From: Glaucostegus cemiculus
Taxonomy: Eukaryota
Length of the DNA stretch: 64,000 nucleotides
Reading direction: 5' to 3'
Assembly: GCA_976551045.1 (NCBI GenBank)
Contig: CDPCPM010000311.1
Span: forward strand, 186,001 to 250,000
A program made the position numbers and the translations under genes. Below are positions 26,495 through 38,805 of this stretch, one piece after another (within the stretch, counting starts at the first letter, position 1; every line of letters begins with the position of its first letter). The notes below the pieces were generated by a model that was not told the DNA's origin, searched no databases, and saw nothing but the letters and a program-made list of their open reading frames with translations.

Positions 26495-27240
26495 GACTGC
26501 AGATGCTCAGATCTAGGTAAAGAAATACACAACAGGGTGCTGGAGGAACTCAGCAGGTTGGGCAGCATCTGTGGAGAAAAGCAGACTGTCAATGTTTTGG
26601 GTCAGGACCCTTCTCCCTGTTGCCAGTCACTTCAACACCCCGGCAAGCCATCATTGATATGTCAGTCCTGTGTCACCTCCACTGCCAGGAGAAGTTCAAA
26701 CGCAGACTGGAGGAACAGCAGTTTTTGTCTCGGACCTTCCAGCCTAACAGCATGAACGTCAAGTTCTCTCACTTTAAGTAAACCACAACCATGCCCCTCC
26801 CCCCCCCAACCACCACCACCTTGTCTCTTCTTCCCTTTCCTAGCCTATCTCTCTTCTTTTTTTCTCCTCGNNNNNNNNNNNNNNNNNNNNNNNNNNNNNN
26901 NNNNNNNNNNNNNNNNNNNNNNNNNNNNNNNNNNNNNNNNNNNNNNNNNNNNNNNNNNNNNNNNNNNNNNNNNNNNNNNNNNNNNNNNNNNNNNNNNNNN
27001 NNNNNNCTGCTCTTCCCCCCTCCCCCCCCCCGCATCTGCCTATTACTATCTCTTACCTGCACCTATCACCCTGTGCCCACCCCACCTCCCCTCTTTTGTC
27101 TGCTTTCTCCTCCTATATATTGGGCTTCTCCTTTTCCTGTCCTTCAGTCCTGAAGAAGGGTCCTGACAAACGTTTACTGTCTGCTTTCCTCCACAGATAC
27201 TGACTGACCTGCTCCACTTCCAGCATCTTGTTGTTTCCTC
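26495..27240 (+). mobile_element. Penelope-like element remnant: GIY-YIG endonuclease C-terminus flanked by inverted terminal repeats
   Basis: 26620-26780 reads, with frameshifts, VASHFNTP..DMSVL..LHCQEKFKRRLEEQ..GTFQPNSMNVKFSHFK*; left end ctgcagatgct..ggaggaactcagcaggttgggcagcatctgtggag is the inverse of right end ctccacagatactgactgacctgct..ccagcatc. Confidence 0.75.
26871..27006. other. Assembly gap (136 N) inside the C/T-rich part of the Penelope-like remnant
   Basis: Run of n characters in the sequence. Confidence 1.
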
Positions 27241-28229
27241 AAGTTCCGTCCTCTGTTACTCTTGGTGATTTAATAAATTACCCCACAGCACCCACCAGTT
27301 TCTGACCACTTCCAAATCAGTACATTTGGAAAGGCTGGAAATAAGTTTGGTTAAAAAGAAAAATATGTATAAACTGATTTTTTTTGTATGATTAATCACT
27401 GTTCTGTTATCTTGCAGAGCAGCAATTCATTTTGATAAAATAAATCTGCAAAAATGAGGATATTTGTAGTGATGATATGAGAAATTGCACTTTTGAACTT
27501 TGTTTTGAAACTTGAGCACTGGTTTAGGGGATTTTCTTTGTAGTGCTATTAATAAAAATGAAAAACGACAGTAATTCAAAGCAAAATCAATTTTCATTTT
27601 GGCATTGCACAGCTATCTGGTATATCCTTTGTGGATTTGTTTGGGAGAGGGCATAATCCACAATTATTTCCTCATTTCTTTTAGTGAATGAATAGAATTA
27701 TAATTTAAATGTTTTGTCTGTTTCCTTTACCCTCTCCATTCTTTTTACTGGACTGCATTTCAGCAGTTCAGTGTTTTCTCTGTTGCTACATTCCCAATGA
27801 CATTTTTCAACCATGTACCAGACTGGTGAGTTTTAGCAGACTTGTCAAGTCGCCTGTTAAAATTAACTATCCAGGCCCTTGCATGAAAGGTTTCTTGTGA
27901 GCAATACTGGAGGCTGTATGACTATGCAGTAGCAGAAAACAAATTTGAATTTTAATTACAAATAAGTTATGCTTTACAAGTTGAGAATCTTTAAATATTG
28001 TGGGTGTGAGTTGCAGTGCATCTGACTTGCAACTGACCAACCACACTTCTATTTAGTGCAGATTTTGATGTCTCCCTCTTCCAAGCATTGGATGAGTTTT
28101 TCAGTCAAGTTCGATAACTGAAAGAATAATCCATGAGTATTTCAAGATATTTAATGCTGTTTACTTTAAGACACAAATATATAAGCACCTTGCAAGCCTT
28201 GTTCAAAACCACAAATGTTACACTTTGAT

Positions 28230-28780
28230 TCAAGAAAGGAGGGAGATGAAAAAAACAGGAAATAATAGGCTATCTGAGATTGGGGGAAAATGCTAGAATC
28301 CATTTTTAAGGAGATAGCGGCAGGATATTTAGAAAATAAGAAAATCAAGCAAAGTCGACATGGTTTTATGAAGGGGGTATTGTGTGTGACAAATTTGCAA
28401 GAGTTTAGATGTGAGGTTGTCCACTTTGGAAGAAAGAGTGAAAAGCAAATTGTTATTTAAGTGGACTGAGACTACAAAATGTTGTGGTGCAAAAGGGTTT
28501 GGGGTTTTAGTACATGAAATAAAGTTAGCATGCAATTACAATAAGTATTTATGGAATGTTGGCCTCTAATGCAAAGCTACAGAGTATATAAAAAAAATGG
28601 AAGTTTTGATACAACTTTTTATAGAGTGTTGATATTGCACTTGGTTTTGGTTCTCCAAACCTGAGGAAGGAAAAGCAGTGCAGAGAAGATTCCTGGGATG
28701 GAAGGGCTGATTAGGTTGGATCAGCCCTGGTCATGTTGAATAGTGGAGCCAGTTGGAGGCACCTGTTTGCCATATTTTTA
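28230..28780 (+). mobile_element. Decayed CR1 LINE ORF2 fragments
   Basis: aaaatcaagcaaagtcgacatggttttatgaaggggg...tgtgtgacaaatttg (degenerate SQHGFMKGKSCLTNL motif) plus later CR1 segments. Confidence 0.7.
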
Positions 28781-29631
28781 TGAACCACTTTTGTAATTTG
28801 TTTCAGAATCAGAATCAATCAGTTTTATTGTCACTACTATATACACATACAGTGTACATAATTGAAAATGTGGAAAGAGAAACCGGGTTAATGCTTCAGG
28901 GTTAGAGTTATCCTTGGTTCTTGTATTCAATTTAGCTAGGTTACAGTTGGCAATCAAGGGGAGAAAATGTTCACTAGGGTTCCCACTGGAAGTGTTTGTG
29001 TGATGTCTGCTAAGATTAGCCTTGTGTTGTGATGCTCTTAATGGCTAAATAACAAGATGATGCCTGCTTACAACTTGGGATTTGGGCATTGGAACACCTA
29101 GATTCCTCTGAGCTTTATAACTTTTGTTAGGGATGGTTATTGTATGGTAGGGGGTGGGGGAAAAGTGGTTTTCCAATCTAAAGATGCAAGTCAGCTATGG
29201 TGGAAGCAGCTCAAAGGGCTGAATGGCTTTCTCCTGGTCGTGCAGGGCCAAGATTCTGCTAGGTGATACTAGATGTTTTACTACCTCTCATTTTTGGTGA
29301 AAAGGAGCATGATGCATAAAGTGTTCTGACTCTGGTTCCATGTCCAAGCTCTATTTAGGGAATGTTTTGCTGTATAAAGCAACCATAGGTTACTGTTCAT
29401 GGGTACAGTTGTAGACTTTTACTTTCAGACACCTAAATAACAAAATTTATTTTCATTTCAGTTTTAATGTGTTCCCTAACTTGTCTTGCTGAAATTCTGA
29501 AATGTTTCTGGATGTCACTGCAAGAGGTGTCTCCCCACTTATCCTGTTTAGTACAACTTACAAATGCATGTAGTGTGACGGATTGTTACTAAACCGTTTG
29601 TTTTAATCTAACACCTAACCATTTTGTGCAG

Positions 29632-29757
29632 GTTCCCAGTGTGCTGGTTTGTTCAGTACCACAGTACTTGGTGGCTCCTCTAGTGCCCCTAACCTCCAAG
29701 ACTACGCTCGCTCGCACCGCAGGAAAAGTGGCTCCACTTACTTTTCTCTGAAGGATG
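29632..29757 (+). CDS. PPIP5K1: PPIP5K1 exon K (126 nt, symmetric phase 1)
   Basis: ttttgtgcag|GT TCC CAG...AAG GAT G|gtaggt; [42 protein letters not shown]. Confidence 0.95.
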
Positions 29758-30002
29758 GTAGGTTGATGAGAATTGTTTTCCACTTGCTGCTTCAACAGTG
29801 TTGGAAGGGGGCCAAATGTTGCCACCTTAGTGCTCTCATTTCATGCAAACCATTTCAGTAAGAATGTTGCTGTTGTGGAGCAGGGTCAGCGTGGGGCTAT
29901 GGGGTAATTTTCTTTTCAAAAGTTATGACTTTTCTGTTTGTCACTAATTCCTGTCTGATTGTAATGCAAGTTTGTGCAGTGTTAATATCTGAGCATAACT
30001 GT

Positions 30003-30201
30003 GATAGTCTGTTCTGGTTATGTCAAGTCCCTCTGTCTACCACTTCAATGGAGATGCTTCCAAGTTGATTGTTGTTGAATTGTACGGTACATCCATTTTC
30101 TGTGCTATTTTTGCAAAGCACTGGCTCAATTACAATGAACTTAGAAGCATCTCCAGTAAAGTGGTAGACAGAGGGACTTGACATAACCAGAACAAACTAT
30201 C
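30003..30201. repeat. Inverted repeat: 76-bp arms (30003-30078 and 30126-30201), 47-nt spacer
   Basis: Manual alignment gives 69 of 76 matches, including a 36-bp perfect core (tgttctggttatgtcaagtccctctgtctaccactt). Confidence 0.95.
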
Positions 30202-32009
30202 CTACAGTAATGGATGGTGAAAATGCCTTTAGAACTAAGGAGTTAAGAGTTCCAATAAATTATCTGCAGCAGTTTGGATATTACCTTATTTCTAATATAC
30301 TGCTATGGAAAAGATCTTAAATGTTGCTGTTTGTGTAATATTTATTTTCAACACATAATATTGCTCAGTTATCAGTTAATTGGAAGCATTTTGATGGTGT
30401 AATGAACCTGGAGCTCAATAGGTAGTTAACCCTCTGTACTGACTAGATATAGCATTTGTTGGCTGTGTTTTTCTGTAATATAGAGACACAAGAACAGTGG
30501 AGTGCTCTCACCAAGGTAGATGGCCTTGGATAGAGTACTGGGAGTACTATAGGATACCATCATTATACTGCAGATTCTTGTCCAGTGTCTGTGCATGGAT
30601 ACCTTTTGCAACTTGCTGTCCTTGGTATCAGCATCCAAGTTGATGACTGGCTGATTTGCTCTCGGCTCTATGTCCCAAGAAGAGGAAATCCCAGAATGAT
30701 GTGGTGGTTGATTTATTAGACGTGTGGTTTAATTTGGATAAGTGACCACTTATCCAAATAAGTTTGATAAAATAGGGTCTGTTACTTACCAAATGAGAAA
30801 TCAGTTTCATGTCAACAGATAATGATCTAATTGATTCTTTTCAGTGACAAACTATATGGATGAAAGCAATCAGGCAATCACAATGTTAATAGTGAGGCAG
30901 GACAAGGTGACATCTAGACTCTCCTTTCCATTGAAGGAAATATGATTCCCTGTGAAAAGATTTAATAATTTTGCAGATTATTAATGTCAGTCTACTCTTG
31001 CCACTGGTACCTGTGGAATATGATTAGGGGCTGACAATTCAGTTGTATTGCAGGTTCTTGCTCTCTGCTTGGGGATTGTTGAACTCAATGCATGTGCTTG
31101 GATGCTGGAAGAGGTGTTTTACTTGGTTTTCTGACACTTGTTTAATTACTTTTAATTGAGTAGATCTGAGCTGAAATGTTACAGCATTGAATGAGTCCTG
31201 AGATCCATAATAGACTAGGTGATTGGGATATTTGTTACTTATCTGTAATTAATTGGTGTCTGTTATAGCCTAGGCTTGCGTTTTCTCTGGTAGTGGAAAA
31301 ACATTCTGCTGGTTTGAGTCTTTATTAATTGCAGTGTGGAAACATATGATAAAGTAGCTGCTTGCAATAATTTAGTCAGAATATTATGGAAGTACCTAGA
31401 TGCAGGAAAGGAAGGCACCTTGTAGGCCACTCCGGTTCCATTTGTACAAATCTGATAAATGCAGTATCAGAACACTTAATCTCCTCTGAATCCTTGGTCT
31501 TTCCACTACCTAAAGGTACAAGTGAACTTGTCTTAACCAGAAAAACTGCAGTGCTTCAAAAAGGCATCTCTCTACCACAACCTCAAGGACATTTGGGGAT
31601 AGGCAGCAAGTGCCAGCAATGTTCACGTCCCAAAAATGAATGGAGAAAAATGTGTGTGTTTGGAGTACTGTCCACCAGCCTAGATAAATACAGCTCCACC
31701 AACACTTGAAGTTTGACACCTTTCAGTACACCACAGCCAATTTGATTAGCACCCTATTCACCACTGACAGTTTTTGTGTGTACCATCTAAAAGATGCACT
31801 GCAGCAATTCAAGAAGATTACTTCAACAGCATCTTTTAAACCCTCTGTATATCTAGAAGCAGACAGGCTCGAGGGAAGACCACCCACCACCTGTAGTTTT
31901 CCCTCCAAGTCTTAGAAATATTTTGATATTCCTTCATCATTGCCTGGCCTCAATCCTGAATCTCCTTAATCAATAGCACAATAGAAGTATCTTCACAACT
32001 TGAGGTTGC

Positions 32010-32408
32010 AAGCAAAACTGGAGGAGTTTACTTATGGGGTAGGTTGGATAGGCTGGGTTTGTTTTCCCTTGAGAGCAGGAGGCTGAGGGGTGGTGTTTAA
32101 AATCTTTTTCCATTGGTCAAGATATGAAAACCAAGGGGTCGTGTGTTTAAGGTGAGAATGAATTTTAGGGGATTTGAGGGGAAAGATTTTTATAGAGTGG
32201 TTGATATCTGGGAGGCACCGTCAAAGGAGGTGGTAGAGTCAGATACAATCACTATGAGACCTTTAGGCAGGCACTTGACTAGGCAAGCTGTAGAAGGATA
32301 TGAACCTAATGTGGGCAAATGAGGCGAGTGTAGATGGGCAAAAAGGTCTGTGTGGATGTGGTGGGCCAAAGGCCCTGTTTCTGTGCTGTCCAACTCAATG
32401 ACTCTAAC
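32010..32408 (+). mobile_element. CR1 LINE 3' end nested in an older LINE 3' end (about 31640-32480)
   Basis: ggttggataggctgggtttgttttcccttgagagcaggaggctgaggggtg...gggccaaaggccctgtttctgtgctgtccaactcaatgactcta; host resumes as ttcttgagggcagttagggatgg. Confidence 0.75.
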
Positions 32409-35169
32409 TCTCTTCTTGAGGGCAGTTAGGGATGGCTGGTAATGCTGGGCTTGCAACTGTGCCCTCATCCATAAGGAAACAGAAAAGGCCATTTAAGTTT
32501 GAATAATAATCTTGTTTGGCTGTTAATGTTTTGGTTCATGAGACCAATTATTTATTTTTATAATGGTGCACTTTGGCCAAAGCTGTTTGAGCCACTGTAA
32601 ATTAATACAAGTTGTAGTAGAGCAGACTAAAAGGAGACAAGGGTGCATTGTTGCCATTGGCAAGAAATCTGCTGGCTCTTGCTCCATATTTTTCTCTTGA
32701 TAATTAAATTATCATTGTTGCTTGTGTGCCTGGAGATGAGTTTGAGCTTTCATTCTGTCATAGTATTTATCTTGGTTTTATCCTTGAGTCTCTTCCATGT
32801 GCTCTGCAGTAGTCTGCAGACTGTTCAGGTTGTCTATATCCAGTTTTGTCAGCATTATGACAGTTTTATTTGAGGTAGTTGACAAAGAAAACAGATCTGG
32901 ACATCAGCAAAAACACCACTGTAAATAACTTGATTGGGTTTAGGTAATGAGTCAGCTATGGACTTGTAGAAGCTTAGCCTCGGTGACTCTGCTTTCCCTA
33001 CCATCCTAACCCTTTCAATGTGCATGGGAACTAATTATTACAAATCACATATGTAAAAATGTATTAGTTTAAGCTTAGAGTTTTATGTAGGTGAGAGAAA
33101 AAAAAAGATGCAGGTGCAGTGTTACAATCAACTTAAAGGTGTGGTTCCTTTTTTATTTTCTTTCTTGGGATTTGTTTTTGTTATTGGATGTATTCTATCC
33201 AGTAGCTGCGAAGTTGATCTTGGAGAGCTTTATCACACTGACAGGTCCTTGAATTGTATTGTCCTTGGAGAACTGACAATTAATCCAAGTTGACGAGCTT
33301 TAGTGCTACATAAAGGTTCCTCAAATCAATTTGTCATCAGAAGCAAAAAAAAACCAATGTTAATGTGGATTGATTAACTGGCCAGACCACTGACTGGATT
33401 TTCCATTCTGAGGAGACAGACTGAAGAATTGGGCTTGAATTTGAAAATGTTTAAAAGATTTGGTACCATTAATGGCTATAATCCAATCTCCACCAAGCTC
33501 TGTCTGGGACAGATTTCAGGGCTGATTGATGCATAAGATGTGCTTAGTAGGTCAGCTGATTAGTTTGTCAGCTGATTAGTTCAGTAAGTTGCACTTGATC
33601 CTATGTCTACATAAATCTGGCAGATCATATCTAGGCAGCACTAGGGACATTAAACGTGGCTTCAATGGCCAGGAAAGGGTTGGTCTTTGGTCTTCTCACT
33701 CCTGACCACTGATTATCATTCACACTGGAAGCTTGTTTGTTATAACTATGTGTTTGTCTGTTTTGGTGATGAGCGTGAGGATTGTTGAGCATGAACATAG
33801 ATCACTTCAATTATGCTTCCCTTTCTTGAGTAGGCTGCGGGTATTGTCGAGATTTGTACCTAATATTGTCACTTGGTCAAATATAGCCATTAGACAGGTG
33901 CTAAACAAGAGGACAAAATGACAAAACTTGAGCAGTGAATTAGTTTGGATGCAGTCTTTATCTTCAACTTCTTCATTCATCATTGATCTGATTGTCATGT
34001 CACCAGTTGAGTGTCCTGTGTGTTATTTGTTACTGCATCATCCTGCTCATTCTATTCTCTTGGAAATGTAGCTGGATTAGTCGTTACCAAAAACTATGAG
34101 AGCAAGTGTGCAGTTTATTGTTTTTTCTCTTACTCATTTTTTTAATATTTCATTCCTGGTAGATGTGAGCGAATTGATAACTAAATAAGTTGGTTCAGAA
34201 GTGTCTCAGGGACATTTGTTAGCAGTGAAAAGTTCTCAGATGACATCACTGAGGCCCACCTGTGCCAGGACTGAAAATCCCATCTGGTTTCCTGTCTGTC
34301 ACCTGGTCTCTTGGATACATGTGAATGTAAGGCTGTTGTTGCATTTGAACTTGCTGTTGTGACGTTGACCCCACAGCAACAATACAGATGAGTGAGGCAG
34401 TAGAATGTGCCACTTATTGCCCTTTGAGTGGCAGTCTGGCACACAGTTCAAATGCATACAGTGAGTGTTTGCTTTCCTTTCTGAGATGAATGTTTAGTTA
34501 ATGATCAGCAATAGGATACTTGCATGTTTAATTTCAATTTTGTTTCCTTGAAGACAGATATAAAACTGTCTGGTGCAGAGCTGTTGCCCAGAGGTAATTC
34601 ACTTTTGTCAATATCAGTTTATGTTGTGGCTAAATGTAGAATTGTGGTACAGTTATCAAAAGTATGGTAAATCTGACCACTTCCAACACAATTGGAGTCT
34701 GCCAACACCACAAAGAATGCTGACTCTTTGAATGTTGCTTCTGGCAGTTTAAGGTACCCATTTTCCTCCTTTTTAAAGCTGAGTTGTTTGCATTTAATCT
34801 CCCCCCAATTTAGGGTGGTGACTTTTGGTACTCAAACTAGCCTCTGTGACTGTTGCCTAAATGGTGACATGGATGATGCATGTGGCTTATTGGATGGGCA
34901 ATGAGAAAGACTCAATACTGACCCTGAAAGCATGCTAAGTGTTATGCCTGATTACTGATCACCAGAGACGTGCAGTCTGTGTTTGTGTTCTACTCCTCTC
35001 TCCTGACAGCACAACTTAATGGGGAGAGCATTGTGGCAGGAGGCTTTGGTGAGAAAAGGTTGGGGTTGCTTTTTCTTTCAATCAGTTATCACCCTCTCAT
35101 GTTATGTAGGAGGTTCTGTGTTTAAAACTGAAGTGTTAGTTTTAACTTCAGTCCTTTTTGTTTCCTCAG

Positions 35170-35232
35170 AAATGTTATCTATGCCAGCCGTTAAAAGATT
35201 TTCTGTCTCGTTTGCAAAGCATCCGACTAATG
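35170..35232 (+). CDS. PPIP5K1: PPIP5K1 exon L (63 nt, symmetric phase 1)
   Basis: tttcctcag|AA ATG...ACT AAT G|gtatgt; EMLSMPAVKRFSVSFAKHPTN, matches PPIP5K PAVKRFSVSFAKHPTNG. Confidence 0.93.
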
Positions 35233-38200
35233 GTATGTTTGCTTCTTTTCAATTATCCTTTACAGTCTTAACTTTTTGACTTTTTGTTTTTGCATGGTTC
35301 TTAAATGCACTCGTGCTTTTTTCAAAAAAAATCTTTTAAATGTCCACTACAATCTTTCTCACTTTCTCTTTTTCTCCTTTTTTATATTTTTTTCACTATT
35401 TCAGCACTACCACACTAAAATCTTTTGGTATGATTCAGTGATCCTTCTTTCCAAGAAGAGTTCCACACATTTTTAACTTTTATGTTGGTGACTTTTCTGT
35501 CTGATTAAACCTCCATCAGTTTAGAACGGCAGTCACACCTGTCAATCATTCCATTTCACCTATTGTGAAGCATTCACTGGTGACTATTTACACCACCTTG
35601 ATTTTTTTACTTCACTGTCCAGTTAACCATCGGAGAACTTGACTGTCTTTTGCAGGTTTTGGGATGCATGGTCGGCTTTTCTACCGAGTGGGTCATTTGG
35701 TGGTCAATGTCACCAGAGAGGCTGGTGCCCTTGCTAGGAGGACGTTGTTTGGCTAGCCTGCTGTGCTCATGTCTTGGAACTTTTGCACCACAATCCGAAG
35801 GGCATTCTAGGTGCTGCTGAACCCCACAGACCAGATGGTGCTAAATGTACTAATCTCAGCCAATGTGCAATCAACCAAAGGTGTGCGGGGTGGGGAGGGA
35901 ACTGAGGCAGTGGGAAAGGACAATAGTCAATCCAGTCTCCTACCCTGCCTCACAGTGCCAATGATGCATTACAGAAAGGATGTGTCTGTAGATGTTTGGG
36001 GCCAGGGTCAACCAGTCACCATGGTCATGGCTGCAGGAGGCTGAATATTCTCCTTCTGTGCCATAAGTTTTGTGATTCTCATGTGGTGCTGGAGTTGGGA
36101 GGGGTGAGGTGAACCGCACTCCAATGTGGGGGAGTACACTCAGAAAGAAGGTGTCTGAAAAAATGCAAATATATACAAATCAATTTTGCATTAAATTAAC
36201 ACTTTGCTAAGAGTAGAAATGAAACTCGATAATGCACTCAACTGTGATTTGGTCGTGCATCCATTTGCAACAGGCAGTAAATATTGTTTCCAGTCTGGAG
36301 CCCAGCCTCCATAAATGAGAAATACTGGCCAGAATATTTATTATAACATCATGTATTTCTTGAAGGTGATTAATTTGTAAACCTCACACCAAAGTCAAGG
36401 TTGAATCCATTATTCTCATTAGTCACCAAATATCTCTTCACAATCTGAGGTTGTTTCTGGCTGTATAATTCTTCATTTTGTAAAAGAGCATGCACCAAAG
36501 AAAAGTAAATCAGAAAGAAATGCTTGCATTTTAATTGGTTAATCAAAATGTTATCACTCTCACTAACAGTTGATTTTTCTCCATTAATTATCACAAATTC
36601 TTCCTCCCCTTCAAAAGGTGGTAATAGGCTATAGTTACACAGACCATGCCAAGTTGCATCCTCAAAACTTCCTTACAAAGGACCTTCGGAAAGAGATCAT
36701 TGCATTCCCTACCTCCCAGAGCTGAGAGAGAGGGAGGTCCACTGTAGCATCTTGACTTCTGGATAGCCTGAGACTTGTTGCTTAACAAATGACCAACTTT
36801 GCCCTTATTTTGAGAAGCCCTGTCCTATTTTCAGAAATTAAGTGTATGCTCGTACACATTCACTTCTCATTGTGTGGAACGTATTTGTAGCTTTGAGAGG
36901 CATAAGTGAGTTTTCTGTTTTAGTGGGGGGGTGGGAGGGGAGAAGTCATTGTGTAGGGAGGATACAACTATCTGCTTCCCAGATATTTACCTACAATTCT
37001 TAAGTGGTAATGGAACATTGTAGCTACATTGTAGATGCCCCTTACGAGTAGATTCCCCTTACAAGTGGAAACAAGTAGATTTAAGACATTGTGAGCTTCC
37101 CAATGCAGAAGATTTCATTCGGTCTAAAAACTAACCCCATCCTTGCACCTATGTCCTTTCCATTTGTCTACAGTCAAGAGCATGTTGTTCCCACCCCTTC
37201 ATGAAAGCCTCTTTTCATTGAAATTTAATTAGTTGTATAAAGTATTTTCCCTACTCGCTACATTAGAGACTTTCCTCCAGGCCTTTATTTCAGATCAATA
37301 TTGGGTATCTCACCACGGCACTTTCCCTTATCCAGTTGCAGTCAGCTCTCTTTCAGCAGGAGGGTCACCTCCTGTGAATATTTAACTGATCCAAATTACC
37401 TTGCCTGGTGTCTTGCTGCTGTAGGATCAGTGTGTGGAATTGGTGCATGAAAAGGGGGCAAGCTTCACTTGGATCAAATCTGATGTCTGTACCAGAAGGA
37501 GAATGACTGCCACATTACATTGGAAATGCTCTCCATTCATTAGGAAAGTGAAATATTTTGAAGCTGCAGAATTAAGATACATTTACAGTCTGTGGTTTGT
37601 GCCAGGTCAGCACTTGTAACCTATGATGAAGGGTTCACCGGACCTTCCTGTTCTCCAGTACCAATCTGACTTTAATCCCTGTGCCAATAATTTAAATGCC
37701 ATGATTGCATTTGAATACCATCTGAGGTCCCTGTATTTTACTAATGAAAAGCTAGTTCATATTTTCATTACATCACTAAAGGCGTAAGGGTCCATTTTGG
37801 GTTAGTGAGGAACTTTCTCCTCTCCCAGTAAGAACATTGGTTGTTCAGGTTCCACAGCATTCGCTTGAACACAAGTCTTGGCTGGCACTCCAATGTAGCA
37901 CTTGGGGTTAGGTAGGATCTTAAACTGACACAAGTCTGCCTTCTCAAGTTTGTGATGTCCCAGGCTATAAAAGACTGTGTATAAATAGAATTTTTAAGAG
38001 CATTTTGGTGGCATTGGGAACACCTTTGTTGATGCCACATAGGAGTTTGCTTACTTATGCCAAGAGCATAGGGTTTCTAGTGCAGAATTTACACTTTTGA
38101 CTTGCCTTGGTTACTTGCTTCTAGCTGAAAGGTGATCCATTGTCCTGCTCTGGGAGCTGTGTGGAAATCTGGCTGATACCCAGTGTACTGCTAAAGGAGT

Positions 38201-38625
38201 TCAGCAATGCCTTGGGTGATAACTTCCTAATGAATCGTTCAGATGAAGGCTTCATCTGCTTGTTCACGTGAAGGTCAAAGGCCTTGCTAAATGGAAAAAC
38301 AAGTGAAAGTGAGCTTCTCCTGATATCTGGATAGTTCCTCCCTCAATCATTGATGTTTGTGGGATATCAAGTGAACTGCTTCAAGACATTCTGAAGATAT
38401 GATCACAGAATAACTAAAAGCAAGTTTCTACTTTTCCTCTTTGAAATGTGTACACGTTCATTTTGATCAGTAGTAGTAGTCTTTTTCTCTTCACCTGGCA
38501 CAAATGTCTCGGATGTTATGGGTTTTTTCGAAAGCTTCCTCCTTTCCTTACAAAGAAATGGTAATTGTGTTCTTTTTAGTTGCCTTTTTAATTTTGTTCT
38601 TTTCCTACTGGTGCCCATTCCCTAG

Positions 38626-38805
38626 ATGTGTTGGATAATCGTTGCGTGGCACAGTTGTTAAGGCGATTTTCAGCAGACAACAGTTTCGCCCAGAACCTGG
38701 CCCTTGATGGTGCCTTGGCCCGGCACCTCCAGCAGTGCTCCTACCACATTCGACTCTTCAAGAACTGGCTGATCTCGGGGCAGGATGATATTGACTCCCT
38801 CTACG
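38626..38805 (+). CDS. PPIP5K1: PPIP5K1 cassette exon M (180 nt, symmetric phase 1)
   Basis: cccattccctag|AT GTG...CTC TAC G|gtatca; DVLDNRCVAQLLRRFSADNSFAQNLALDGALARHLQQCSYHIRLFKNWLISGQDDIDSLY; in frame, CpG-retaining; resembles an alternative PPIP5K1 exon ending ...HQCSYHLRLFRSWLRSGQDDPECLY (recall). Confidence 0.85.

Noticed and set aside
35188-35215. KRFSVSF as a PP1-binding RVxF motif
   Set aside because: The basic residue is three positions before Val, outside the strict [RK]x(0,1)[VI]x[FW] consensus.
38470-38560. Donor-like ATG|gtaatt upstream of exon M
   Set aside because: Would leave a 65-nt intron, and no convincing matching acceptor with an open frame was found.
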